64,000 nt of DNA from an uncultured Spirochaetota bacterium (GTDB lineage Bacteria; Spirochaetota; Spirochaetia; SZUA-6; Fen-1364): positions 30,283-94,282 of the forward strand of contig CAVUXE010000075.1 of NCBI GenBank assembly GCA_963745235.1, given 5' to 3'. A model generated the notes under the pieces. The model did not search any database. It was not told the origin of the DNA and worked only from the letters and a program-made list of their open reading frames with translations. Positions 22,134 to 32,933 of this stretch are shown one piece after another; within the stretch, counting starts at the first letter, position 1; each line of letters starts with the position of its first letter. A program made the position numbers and the translations under genes.

Positions 22134-23296
22134 TGCGCCTCTCCCTTGTAGTCGATGAGGATCTTCTCCTTCTGGGGCACCGGCAGGGAGATGGTGACGG
22201 TGGTCCCTTCCCCCTCGCGGGAAGTCACCGAGATGTCGCCAAAGTGCTCCTTCACGATCTTGAACACGATGGTCAGCCCGAGCCCGGTGCCGAACGCCTT
22301 CGTGGTGAAGTACGGCTCGAAGATCTTGTCCATGATGGACTCGGGAATGCCGATGCCCGTGTCTGAGATCCGCACGAGGGCCTCGTTTCCCGAGCGGCGG
22401 GTCTCAATGCGAAGGACCCCTCCGTCAGGCATGGCAGCCACGGCATTCTTGATGAGGTTCAGAAGAGCCTGCTTGATGAACCGCGAGTCGATGCGCAGGA
22501 TGGGAACGGCCGCGGAGAGGCTGGACTCCACCTTCACCCCGGCCTGGTCAAGCTCCGGGCGGACGAACTCCAGGAGCTCGCCCATGACAGCGTTGATGTC
22601 GCCGTCCTCCAGGTGCGTGTCCATGGGTTTCACGGCAAAGAGGAAGTCAACGACAATGCGGTTGAGCCTGTCCACCTCCTCCCCGATCACCGCCAGGTGC
22701 TGCGCAATATCCTTCTGGTCGATGCACTCCCTGCCCGCGATCTTTTTCTGGATCAGCTGGAGATGGATCCCCATGGACCCCAGGGGGTTCTTGATCTCGT
22801 GAGCCACCCCGGCGGCCAGCGTGGTGAGAGATGCCAGGCTCTCCGCCCGGCGCAGCCTCGCCTCCTTGGAACGCTTCTCCGTCACGTCCTCGATGTGCAC
22901 CACGTTGCCCTGGACCGTTCCCTCGCTGACCAGGGGCAGGATGCTCACGGAAACGATGCGGGGGGAGCCGTTTCCCAGGGTGAACTCCCGGTCGGAAACC
23001 TTCTCCTGGCCGCTCAGCTTCGCGGAAAAGAACTCCGACAGGTCCCTGTCCGCAAGGCTCTCCCACAACGGCCTGTTGGCCAGGTCATCCCCCTCGAAGG
23101 GGAAGAGCCTTTCCGCCGCCTTGTTGTGAAGCATGAGTCGATGGTCCCGGTCGGTGACGACAATCCCGTCCGTCATGGAATCCAGCAGCATGCCCAGAAG
23201 GTCGTTTTCCTCCGAGACCCTCACGATGAGGGCGCGAATCTGGGCTGTATCCATCTTGCCCAGCCTGTCGAGCGCCTTCTGGATGAACTTCCTCAT
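22130..23296 (-). CDS. PAS-domain sensor histidine kinase (Hk2-like)
   Basis: PAS, AHEIKNP, NLIKNA, DTGIG, FTTK, GTGLGL; no TM segments. Confidence 0.92.
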   Translation of the reverse strand: MRKFIQKALDRLGKMDTAQIRALIVRVSEENDLLGMLLDSMTDGIVVTDRDHRLMLHNKAAERLFPFEGDDLANRPLWESLADRDLSEFFSAKLSGQEKVSDREFTLGNGSPRIVSVSILPLVSEGTVQGNVVHIEDVTEKRSKEARLRRAESLASLTTLAAGVAHEIKNPLGSMGIHLQLIQKKIAGRECIDQKDIAQHLAVIGEEVDRLNRIVVDFLFAVKPMDTHLEDGDINAVMGELLEFVRPELDQAGVKVESSLSAAVPILRIDSRFIKQALLNLIKNAVAAMPDGGVLRIETRRSGNEALVRISDTGIGIPESIMDKIFEPYFTTKAFGTGLGLTIVFKIVKEHFGDISVTSREGEGTTVTISLPVPQKEKILIDYKGEAQ

Positions 23297-24529
23297 GAGA
23301 GGGCCTCCATCCCGAGGGCAGCTTCCCTCATGCGCAGGTACAGGGCCTCCAGCGCGGTTACCGGGCTCATGTTGTACGTCTCTATCCGCATGAGGCTCTC
23401 CCGGATGGCGCTGATCCACTCCTCCAGTGTCTCCAGGGCAACAGTCCCGCCCCGAAGGGGATCCTGGAGCCGCAGCGTCAACTCCTCCAGGAATGATACA
23501 ACGGCCTCTTTCTGGTTTCTTTCCCGCGCGGAGCGGCGATCCGACGGCAGGAGGTCCGCGAGCTCAGCCAGCACATCGCTGTCCTGGTCCGCCGCGCTCA
23601 TCACGGCGTCCATGAAACGGCGCGACAGCTGCCCCAGCTTTTCGGGGTTGATCTCCTTCCAGGCCAGGAAGAAAGCGCGGAGGCCCTCGAAATGCCCTGC
23701 CTCTTCACGGAAGATCCTCACAAGGACGTCCGACTCCAGGGCGGGGGTCCTCTGCTCGAACTGGTACGGACGGAGGCGGGAGAGAATTGTCGGGATGATG
23801 GCCGCTCGCCGCGTGGAAAGGGCAATCAGGTGCACCGCGGCCGGAGGCTCCTCCAGGAGCTTCAGGAGCGCGTTACGGGCGGAATCCTGCATCCGGTCCA
23901 CGTTCTCGAGGATTGCAACCTTCTTCGAATCTCCGGCGGTGACATGGGCCCAGGAGGAGAGGCGGCGGATCTGGCCGATGGAGATGCTTTCCCCGCGTCC
24001 CAGGCTCGCAAGCTGCGCGCTGGCGGCAATGATGTCTTCCAGGAGACCGGACAACTTCTTCTGGGCCGGAAGCTCCTGCCCCGGGCTGAGCTGAAGTAGC
24101 ATCTCCTCGAATGCCGGCCACTTTTTCCTGCGCCGCCTTCACGCGGGACTCCTCCGCGTCCCACACCACCGTGTCGAACCTGCGCGTGAGCTTGCGCACC
24201 GAGCGGAGGAAGAGGTACTGGGACGGCGGCTTTCGATTGCGAAGGAGGGAGTCCGCGCACGCCGCTATCTCCACGTCCCAATAGCGTGACCCCAGCATGA
24301 CCGTGTAGGGATGGGAAAGTTCCTTCTGGCTTCGGCAGGAGCTGCACTCGCAGGACCATTCCCCCGTTCCCAGCCGGCAGGTGAGCACGCGTGCCGCCTC
24401 CAGGGCGGCTGAAAGCTTGCCGCCGTAGGACGGCCCGAAGAACAGCGTGGACCGGGGGAAACTTCCCCGTGCCAGCTCGGCGCGAAGAGTATCAACGGTG
24501 CCCTGCTGCCCAATGATGTTCTCGAACAT
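23293..24529 (-). CDS. holB: DNA polymerase III delta'-like clamp loader subunit (frameshift near 24105)
   Basis: FENIIGQ, CECSSC Zn motif, NALLKLLEEPP, PTILSR. Confidence 0.75.
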
Positions 24530-25674
24530 CAGGAGATCCTCACCAGGATCAGGCGGGCAATGTCAGAAGCGGGATTTCCCTTGCTCATGGCATGCGCCCG
24601 CGCGCCCATCCGGGACAGCTCTTGCGGATCCCCTATGAGCGAATCAAGAAGAGAAAGGAATGACTCCGGTGTCGCCTCTTCCTCTTTCAGCACCACCGCG
24701 GCCCCGGCCCGGAAAAAGACCTGGGCATTGCGAAGCTGGTCTCCCCTGCTTCCCGAAGCGGGGAGCGGGATCAGCACCATCGGCTTGCCAAGAGCGGCCA
24801 GCTCTGAGAGCGTGTTCGCGCCGGAACGACAGACAACGAGATCCGCGGCGGCCATGATGTCCGCAAGCTCTTCCCCGATGAACGGCGCGGTGAAGTAGCG
24901 GGGGATTCCGGAGGGCGTGAAGTCCTTCTCCCCGGTCTGGTGGGCGATAAAGCACGTCCGTGAGAGCTTCGACACGACAGCGGAAACGAGTGAGTTGATG
25001 AAGGAAGACCCGAGGCTGCCGCCGGTGACAAAGACCAGCGGCGTGTGGGGATCACACCCCAGAAAAGCGCGCCCACGCGCGCCGTTTCCCGTTCGCAGGG
25101 CGCCGCGCACCGGGTTGCCCGTCACGACTGCCTTTTCGCGGTAGCGCGCAGGGAGAAAGCCGACAGTGTCAGGGAAAGAGACGAATACCTTTTCGCAGAA
25201 ACGCAGGTTGATCCTGGTGGCCAGACCAGGATCGAAATCCGATTCGTGCGTAAATGACGGGATCCCCAACAGGCGCGCCGCCACCACCGGCGGCACGCTC
25301 ACGAACCCTCCCTTGGAGAAGAGCAGCGCCGGGCGCTCTCTGCGGAGGATCCTGAGGGAGGCAAAGACACCGGCAAGCACGCGCACAACGTCCGTGACGT
25401 TCCGCAGGGAAAGATAGCGCCGGAGCTTTCCCGCGGGGATGCCGCGGAAATCTATCCCCGCCTGCCGCACAAGCCTCCCCTCCACTCCGCCGGCGGAGCC
25501 TATCCAGAGGACCCGGCAGCCAAGCTGCTCGGCAACAGCGATGCCCGGGAACACGTGCCCTGCCGTGCCTCCGCCCGTGATGGCCACGACGGGCACCTCA
25601 CGGGCCGCCACGGTGGAGACCGTGACGTGTGCGGCGGTCCCGACAGCTTTGAAGCTTGCCTGACCTGTGCCCAT
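24529..25674 (-). CDS. murG: UDP-GlcNAc:lipid I transferase (start uncertain)
   Basis: GGGTAGHVFP, KGGFV, TGNPVR, GGSLG, RSGA, DQLRNA. Confidence 0.93.
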   Translation of the reverse strand: MGTGQASFKAVGTAAHVTVSTVAAREVPVVAITGGGTAGHVFPGIAVAEQLGCRVLWIGSAGGVEGRLVRQAGIDFRGIPAGKLRRYLSLRNVTDVVRVLAGVFASLRILRRERPALLFSKGGFVSVPPVVAARLLGIPSFTHESDFDPGLATRINLRFCEKVFVSFPDTVGFLPARYREKAVVTGNPVRGALRTGNGARGRAFLGCDPHTPLVFVTGGSLGSSFINSLVSAVVSKLSRTCFIAHQTGEKDFTPSGIPRYFTAPFIGEELADIMAAADLVVCRSGANTLSELAALGKPMVLIPLPASGSRGDQLRNAQVFFRAGAAVVLKEEEATPESFLSLLDSLIGDPQELSRMGARAHAMSKGNPASDIARLILVRIS

Positions 25675-25693
25675 AGTGTAGTTTGACCTTACC

Positions 25694-26473
25694 ATGAAGC
25701 TCGTGCTGCTAGCAATCCAGATGCTCATCTTTCTCTCACCGCTTGGCGCGCAGGACCCCCTGGAGCGCTATTTCCCTGCGGCCTCACTGGACAAGCTGCG
25801 CGCCGGGAAGACCCTTTCCGCGAGCGTCCCTGCTGACTGGGGCCTGTCCCTGCTTCCTTCGATTGCCTCCGGGGAATCGATTTCGGCAGATCTCAAGACC
25901 CGCCAGCCGAGCATTGGCGTGGAGATCAGCAGCATCATCGCAGGGCTTCCTCGGCAGATGGACACGAGGGAAGGGTGGCTGCTGCTCTACAACAGCCTGC
26001 ATGCCGTGAGCACCATGAAGGGGATCCCCTACTATTCGTTCTCCCGAGGGACCAACCGCGTCCTGTTCACCGAGTCCTACGTCGTGGACTCAACAAGCAG
26101 GAAGGAGCGGGTGGCGGATTCCACCTTCAGCGAGATACCCGTGGAGGATCTTATCTACACGTTCCAGGAGGACGGCACGTTCGGGAAGAACGTCTACGAA
26201 GAGAGCTTTTCCTTCCGGGACGATCACCTCCTGGTGAGCATCCGCAACATGACGACTATTTCCTTCCTCTTCCTGCCCCTCATTCAGCCCGGAGACCTGG
26301 TGAGCCGGATTGCCCTCATTCCCAACGGCAAGGACGTCGCTTTCTACGGGGTGTCGTATCTATCCACGTCGTTTCCGATGGGTGACCGCCACAGCAGGGA
26401 AGAATCGCTGAAGAACCGGCTGACGGCAATGGCGAACTGGCTGAAAGGCCGGCTGGACGGCGGGGCGCAGTAA
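25694..26473 (+). CDS. Exported hypothetical protein
   Basis: 259 aa ORF with signal peptide (LSPLGA|Q), typical codon usage. Confidence 0.65.
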   Translation: MKLVLLAIQMLIFLSPLGAQDPLERYFPAASLDKLRAGKTLSASVPADWGLSLLPSIASGESISADLKTRQPSIGVEISSIIAGLPRQMDTREGWLLLYNSLHAVSTMKGIPYYSFSRGTNRVLFTESYVVDSTSRKERVADSTFSEIPVEDLIYTFQEDGTFGKNVYEESFSFRDDHLLVSIRNMTTISFLFLPLIQPGDLVSRIALIPNGKDVAFYGVSYLSTSFPMGDRHSREESLKNRLTAMANWLKGRLDGGAQ

Positions 26474-26477
26474 CGGG

Positions 26478-27509
26478 TCAGGCCGACATGATCCTGTTGC
26501 GTCCTGCCTGCTTGGCCCGGTACATCGCCTGGTCAGTCCGCTGGATCCAGGCTTCCTGGCTTTCGCCGGGGCGGTAGCAGGAGACGCCAATGGAGACTGT
26601 CACGTGGAAGCCGTCACCGGAGCACGTGAACACGGCCTCCTCCATGTCGCGCCTGAACCTCTCGCTGATCCCCAGGGCCTGCGCTTCCGTGGTGTTTGAC
26701 AGGATGATGAAGAACTCTTCTCCGCCGTAGCGTCCGGCGTAGTCGTACTTTCGAAGACCCCGGGAAAGACGGGTGCCGATCTCGCTGATGACCCTGTCCC
26801 CGCACGGGTGGCCGTAATTGTCATTGATGCCCTTGAAGGAATCCATGTCCATCATCAGCCCTGCCAGCGGCGCCTGGAGCCGAAGGGAGCGCTCCATCTC
26901 GATTGCCAGGCGCGTGAAGAGGCTCCGGCGGTTGAGGAGCCCGGAAAGGGCGTCATACGCCGCAATCTGCTCCAGCTCCTTGTTGGCCGTCTCGAGCTCC
27001 TCGTTCAGCTTGCGGATCTTGTCGTAGGCATCCTTGAGGCTCTGGTTCTGGTCAAGGACAAGGGATGACAACCTTTCCTCCTCAGCGACGGCTATCCTGT
27101 AGAACTCTCTTTCCTTGAGAAGGGTCGCCTGGCTCTGCCACCTGCTCTGCGCCGCCCGGATGCGGGCGCGAAGCTCCCGCTCGTCAATCGGCTTGCGGAT
27201 GAAATCATCCGGGCCGGACTCGAAGGTGCCCAGCAGGTCCGCCCCGTCCCCCTTGCTGGAAAGCAGGATGAGCTGCAGGGGCTGGCTGCGGTGAAGGCCC
27301 CGGATGATCCTGGCAAAAGTGGGCAGGTCATCATGAGGCATCCCCGCGGCCAGCAGCACGACGTGGATCTCCCTTTCAGAAATGGTGCGTATTGCTTCCT
27401 CTCCGCTCTCCGCGAGGAAGAGCAGGTACGCATCGTTTCGAAGGGATCGATCGATCTGCGCAAGATCTTCCGCGTCGTCATCCACGATGAGCACGTTCGT
27501 GGCAGGCAT
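26478..27509 (-). CDS. REC-coiled-coil-GGDEF diguanylate cyclase
   Basis: VLIVDDD receiver, DALSGLLNRR, DSFKGIND.YGH..GD, RKYD I-site, RYGGEEF. Confidence 0.9.
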   Translation of the reverse strand: MPATNVLIVDDDAEDLAQIDRSLRNDAYLLFLAESGEEAIRTISEREIHVVLLAAGMPHDDLPTFARIIRGLHRSQPLQLILLSSKGDGADLLGTFESGPDDFIRKPIDERELRARIRAAQSRWQSQATLLKEREFYRIAVAEEERLSSLVLDQNQSLKDAYDKIRKLNEELETANKELEQIAAYDALSGLLNRRSLFTRLAIEMERSLRLQAPLAGLMMDMDSFKGINDNYGHPCGDRVISEIGTRLSRGLRKYDYAGRYGGEEFFIILSNTTEAQALGISERFRRDMEEAVFTCSGDGFHVTVSIGVSCYRPGESQEAWIQRTDQAMYRAKQAGRNRIMSA

Positions 27510-27553
27510 ATGGTGCAGGCAAGGATAGGGAAAAACCGGCTTCTGGTCAACGT

Positions 27554-28879
27554 TCAGGGCATGGCGAGCAGGCGCAGCGCATCCTGCAGGAGCCCGGTGG
27601 CCAGCCCCACAACCAGGCCGAACCACCCCGCGTACCGCAGGAAACGGACGCGCGCGGAAGCAAAGAGCTCACCACCGGACTCTGCCGCAAAGCGCGACGA
27701 GGTCGCGCGAAGAAAGCCGTCAATCTTCTCTTTCCTGGCGGGATCTACCCCGAGCAGGCGGCCGACCGGGAGGGAGGCGTTGTCGCGGAGAAAACCCGCC
27801 GCGGTTCCGGCAATCTTTTCCGACAGGGAAGCGGCGGTCTCCGGCCGGGACAGCCACGAAAGGAGGCTGTTTGCAAGGGAGTCAGAAAGCTCTGTGTCGC
27901 TCAGCCCGGCCCGCTGCCGCAGGAAGGCCCCAACGGTCTGCCCACCCCCGCTCAGGAACGCTTCCAATGAACGGTAGGCGTTCTCCCGCGGCGCCGGCTC
28001 GGCAAGCTTCCGCAATTGTCCGTCGACAAGCTCCGCGATCAGCCGCGCGGTCTCCTCGCGTGACCCGGGGCCGCCCCGCCAGTCCCTGATGGCCAGGAGG
28101 ATGCTGTCCTGCATGGCTCTCTGCTGGGTCGGGTCACGCATGATGCGCTCCAGCGCCTGCAGCGTCTCCTGGACAATGGCCGGCATCTGTTCGTCTATGC
28201 GCCTGTCGAACTGCCCCGCGCTCAGGAGCAGCCGCTGCATGACGTTGAGCTTCTCCAATATGCGCGGAAGAAGCTCCCTGCCCCGCGCGGCAATGGTGTC
28301 CCGCATCTCAGCTGATTCCAGCCACTCGATGAGCCTCTCCACCACCCCGGGGAGCAGTTTCCCCAGCGGGGCGGAAATGTTCGTCAGTGTTTCGTCAGAA
28401 ATGAACGGCCCGGCGTGTTCCGCGGTGAGCGCGCTGACCGCCAGGGCAACTGCTTTCCTGTTCTTCTCCGTTGCGAGGCCCGGGAGGACCCGTTGAATAA
28501 GGAAGGGTTTCGCGTTGATCCTGGAAAGAAAATCCTGCATCGAAAGAGCACACAGGGAGGTGACGGCCTCAGACACGGCCTGCCTCAGGTCGTGCAGGAA
28601 ACGGGGCGTCAGGACAAGCCCTCGGATGGCTCCTTCAACTGACGCGCGAATCACCCCGGTCATGGTCCGCGGGGCGTCGGGAAAAAGCTCGGCCAGGGGC
28701 TTCTCAAGAAGGCTGGCCGTGAGAAGCGGTACCGAAGATGCAGCGCTTCGCAACAGACCATCGGCGAGACCTCGGGCGGAAAGGCGCGCCGCAAGTCTCC
28801 CCGCTGCAAGACCAATCAGCCCCCCGGCGAGCGGAGGAGCCGCCCAGGAAAGGGCAGCAAGGACGGTCCCGGCGGTCAT
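27554..28879 (-). CDS. DUF445-like membrane-anchored helical protein
   Basis: N-terminal PPLAGGLIG and C-terminal GWFGLVVGLATGLLQ TM segments flanking a long helical region. Confidence 0.6.
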   Translation of the reverse strand: MTAGTVLAALSWAAPPLAGGLIGLAAGRLAARLSARGLADGLLRSAASSVPLLTASLLEKPLAELFPDAPRTMTGVIRASVEGAIRGLVLTPRFLHDLRQAVSEAVTSLCALSMQDFLSRINAKPFLIQRVLPGLATEKNRKAVALAVSALTAEHAGPFISDETLTNISAPLGKLLPGVVERLIEWLESAEMRDTIAARGRELLPRILEKLNVMQRLLLSAGQFDRRIDEQMPAIVQETLQALERIMRDPTQQRAMQDSILLAIRDWRGGPGSREETARLIAELVDGQLRKLAEPAPRENAYRSLEAFLSGGGQTVGAFLRQRAGLSDTELSDSLANSLLSWLSRPETAASLSEKIAGTAAGFLRDNASLPVGRLLGVDPARKEKIDGFLRATSSRFAAESGGELFASARVRFLRYAGWFGLVVGLATGLLQDALRLLAMP

Positions 28880-29274
28880 TTCAAAGAGGCGGCAAACGCG
28901 TCGGCTTTGGCCCGGCTATCGAATATGCTGATGTACGAGCCAAAGACCCAGCCCTTGAGCCCCTCGTAGTTCACGCGGTACCAGAAGGACGTGTCGTTCT
29001 CCACCGTGTCCTGCTTGTCCGACTTGCTGATGACCTCCACTACGGAGCCCATGCGGATGTGGGCAAGGACGGTGGCCTGGCCGGTGGCCTGGTCACGCAC
29101 CCTGAGCAGCGGAGACTTCACCACCGCCCACGTCGAGCGGATGCTCAGAACAGGAGTGGGAGGGAGGCTGACGCGCTCCGCGCCCGAAGACCGGCCGCAC
29201 GAGGCAGCGGCCAGCGCCGCCGCGCACAGCGCAGCGATCCGCATGAGCTCCCCGAAGCGCACCCTGTTCCGCAT
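28876..29274 (-). CDS. SH3 (SH3b) domain lipoprotein
   Basis: LAAASC lipobox-like; LRVR...WYRVNYEGLKGWVFGSY. Confidence 0.75.
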   Translation of the reverse strand: MRNRVRFGELMRIAALCAAALAAASCGRSSGAERVSLPPTPVLSIRSTWAVVKSPLLRVRDQATGQATVLAHIRMGSVVEVISKSDKQDTVENDTSFWYRVNYEGLKGWVFGSYISIFDSRAKADAFAASLK

Positions 29275-29312
29275 TGGTTTTTCGGGCGCCTGAGACCTAT
29301 ATTCTGCTGAGG

Positions 29313-29894
29313 ATGGGAGGCCGTTCCCTTTCACGAGGAGCAGTATTCATCATTTTTCTGGCATGGACAACTGGGATTGCTTCGGCCTTCTCCATCGGTT
29401 TGACGGGAGATGCCGCCTTCCAGGTGGTCAGCGGCCAGGGTTTCGGCCCCAAGGAGCAGGGCGGTGGGGGCGCTGAGGTGTCCTTGTCATTCCCCATACT
29501 CAGGTGGCTCAGCGTCGGGACGTTCTTCGGTCTCTCCGAGACGTTGCCGTCGGACACCACGGGCGGGTTCGTCTACCGCGGGTACGGCACCGGCGCGCTG
29601 GGCGCGTGCGTGGAGGCGCACGGCTCGATTGGACAGTGGCGTAACGCCGGTACCCTCGATGCCGGAGGCAGACTGGGCGTGGCCGCGGACTGGTCCGCGT
29701 ACCAGTACACCAGCCTGTTTTTCTTCTACCCGGAAACGCTGGTGGAAGGCTTTCTGGGCTTCCGCTTCGCCGGGCTTCCTTCGCTGCAGCTTCGGCTTGC
29801 CCTGCCGTTCAGGGTTCAGCTCCGGCGGGATCTGGATTACTCCGTGTCCGCGGCAATCGGGCTCGGCGCGGTCTACACATTCGGCGGTGCCTGA
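29313..29894 (+). CDS. Exported hypothetical protein, small beta-barrel-like
   Basis: Signal peptide, alternating hydrophobic strands, C-terminal GLGAVYTF. Confidence 0.55.
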   Translation: MGGRSLSRGAVFIIFLAWTTGIASAFSIGLTGDAAFQVVSGQGFGPKEQGGGGAEVSLSFPILRWLSVGTFFGLSETLPSDTTGGFVYRGYGTGALGACVEAHGSIGQWRNAGTLDAGGRLGVAADWSAYQYTSLFFFYPETLVEGFLGFRFAGLPSLQLRLALPFRVQLRRDLDYSVSAAIGLGAVYTFGGA

Positions 29895-30915
29895 ATGAGA
29901 CGATTCTTCCCCGCAATTGCTTCCCTGGGCGCCGCGCTGGGCGCTTCCCTGGGCGCCGCGCTGCTCACCTCCTGCTCGCTCACGCTATGGAACTATTCGA
30001 ACATCGCCCCGAAGCACTACGCCCTCGTGTACGGGGTGGCAATGTACGAGTCCACGGCGTCGGTCGGGGTGCCTCCCAATCTCAACTTCCCGGGCTCTGA
30101 CGCGCAATCCGTGGCAGCAATGCTGACGGCGGAGGGCTACCTGGTAAAGAGCAGATGGGTGGACGCGGCCGGCAACGAGTGGGTGGACGGTGTAGAAGGG
30201 CCGAATATCGCAACCAATATGACGAATGCTCCGACAAGAGCGAACCTGATTGCGGACCTGGCCGCGCTGGGAAGTCAGGTCGGATCAAACGACCTCTTCG
30301 TCTTCTACTTCTCCGGCCATGGGATGCAGGTGACAGGCACGCCGCCAGTTGAATACATCGTGCCCGAGGGTGGCGTCAGCGGCGGATATGGGATACCTGC
30401 GAACTCTGTCTCGGACACAGAGCTCGGGTCTTTCCTCGGGCCGATCTCCACGAAGCGAAAAGTCGTCATTCTCGACTCCTGCAACTCGGGAGGATTCATC
30501 GGAAGCAGCCTCGAAGCAGATTCCATTCCGGCTGCTTCCCTCGGCAACTCGGGAGGCATTTCGGTCCAGGCTCTCGCGCAGGCCCTCGACAACTACCTCA
30601 GCTTCAGCGCATCCTCCGGCGGGCTCTCCCCCTATGGTGGCGCCATGGTCCTTTCGGCGGCCGGGAGGGACGAGTCGTGCTATGAAGACGCGCCGGGAGG
30701 CCCATTCCTGCACGGCATCGTGACCTACTACCTGTTGCAGGCGCCATGGTCCGCGGACTTCAATCATGACGGCCACGTGACAGTCGGTGAAGCCTTCTCC
30801 CTGGTCAAGGCGGCAATCGATCAGGACTGGAATGGAAACGCCGGCGTCCAGGCCGCCGGTGAAACATTTCGAGCCACGGATCTCCGGCGGCCCGATAGAC
30901 TTCGTCCTTTGGTAG
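29895..30915 (+). CDS. Caspase-family (peptidase C14) lipoprotein (frameshift near 30868)
   Basis: LLTSC lipobox, YALVYGV..Y, FYFSGHG, ILDSCNSG dyad; corrected C-terminus FEPRISGGPIDFVLW*. Confidence 0.8.
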
Positions 30916-30929
30916 ACTCGGTTGCAAGC

Positions 30930-32922
30930 TCAGGTGGGCGACATTTCCTTGACTTTCCTGATCTCGTCCCGGACGACGGCGGCCCGCTCGAACTCGAGGT
31001 TCTTGGCGAGCTCGAACATCTCCTCCTCCAGCGCCCGGATGAGGGCCTTTTTCTCCTTCGGCACGAGCACGTTGTAGCTGCGGCTGAGCACGTCGATGGT
31101 GAGCTCTTCCGTCCGCCGCTTCTCTTCCCGCTTGCGCACGAGGATGTCCTGGATGGACTTGGAGATGGTCTTCGGGGTGATCCCGTTTTCCGTGTTGTAG
31201 CGCTCCTGGATGACGCGCCGGCGCCGGGTCTCGTCTATGGCGAGCCGCATCGCGTCCGAGGTTCTGTCCGCATACATGATCACGCGGCCGTTGACGTTGC
31301 GCGCCGCGCGGCCGATTGTCTGAATCAGCGAGGTCGCGGACCTCAGGAAGCCGATCTTGTCCGCGTCCAGGATTGCAATCAGGGAAACCTCCGGCAGGTC
31401 CAGGCCCTCCCGAAGGAGGTTGATCCCCACCAGGACGTCGAATGTTCCGGCGCGCAGGTCCCGGAGAATCTCCACGCGCTCGATGGTCTCGATCTCTGAG
31501 TGAAGGTAGCGGACTTTCAGGCCCAGCTCGCTCAGGTAGTCGGTGAGGTCCTCAGCCATCCGCTTGGTGAGCGTGGTCACGAGGGTCCGTTCTCCCTGCG
31601 CCACCTGGGACTTGATCTGCGCGTAAAGGTCCTCCATCTGCCCTTCCGTCGGCCGCACCTCCACCGTCGGGTCAAGCAGCCCGGTGGGACGGATGACCTG
31701 CTCAGCGGTCTGCCGCGCCTTGGCGGCTTCCTCCTCCCCCGGAGTGGCGGAGACATAGATGACCTTGTCCAGCATGGTCTCGAACTCGTTGTAGTGCAGG
31801 GGCCTGTTGTCCAGCGCGGAGGGGAGCCGAAACCCGTATTTCACGAGGGAAAGCTTGCGGGCCCGGTCTCCCTCGAACATGCCCCGAACCTGGGGAAGCG
31901 TCACGTGGGACTCATCGATGAAGGCCAGGAACTTCTGGGGGAAGAAGTCCAGGAGAACGGCAGGCCTCTCCCCTTCCTTCCTTCCGCTCAAGTGCCGCGA
32001 ATAGTTCTCGATCCCCGAGCAGTACCCCATCTGCTCCAGCATCTCCAGGTCGTATTCCGTGCGCGTCTTGATGCGCTCCGCCTCCAGGAGCTTGCCCTCC
32101 TCCGAGAACTGGCGTAACCTGGCCGCAAGCTCGTCCCGGATGAGCCCCAGCGCGTTTCTGCAGGCGCTCCTGCGGCATCACGAAGTACTTGGCGGGATAG
32201 ACCGTGACGAACTCCAGGTCCTCAACGGTCGCGCCGGAGAGAGGGTCTATCCGCCTGATCCGCTCGATCTCGTCTCCGAAGAACTCAACACGCACCGCCT
32301 CTCTCGAGTACGAAGGGAATATCTCCAGCACGTCGCCCCGGACGCGGAAGCGCGACCTCTCGAACACGGCGTCGTTTCTCTCGTACTGAAGCGATACAAG
32401 ACGATGCATGAGGTCCCGCATGTCCTCCGTTTCGCCCTTCTTCAGCTCGATGCGCATCTCCCGGTAGTCCTCCGGGTTCCCCAGGCCGTAGATGCAGGAC
32501 ACCGTGGCGACAACAATGACGTCCCGCCGCTCCATCAGAGACGTGGTGGCGGACAGCCGCATCCGCTCGATCTCCTGGTTGATGGAGGCGTCCTTCTCGA
32601 TGTACAGGTCCTTGCCCGGCACGTATGCTTCGGGCTGGTAGTAGTCGTAATAGGAGACGAAATACTCAACGGCGTTGCCGGGAAAGAAGTCCGTGAACTC
32701 CCGATACAACTGGGCGGCGAGCGTCTTGTTGTGGGAAAGCACGAGAGTTGGAAGCTGCGCTTCCTCGATGATCTTCGCCATGGTGTACGTCTTGCCTGAA
32801 CCGGTGACCCCCTTGAGGGTCTGGAACCTGTGGCCGGCCGAAAGCCCCTGCGCAAGCCTCGTGATTGCAGCGCCCTGGTCTCCCGCGGGCTCAAACGGAG
32901 ATTCGACGTGAAGCCTGGGCAT
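30930..32922 (-). CDS. uvrB: Excinuclease ABC subunit B (frameshift near 32150)
   Basis: [36 protein letters not shown]. Confidence 0.97.
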
Positions 32923-32933
32923 GCACTGACTCG

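Noticed and set aside
29895-31499. 534 aa caspase fusion ORF
   Set aside because: C-terminal extension is antisense to uvrB and arises from a frameshift near 30868
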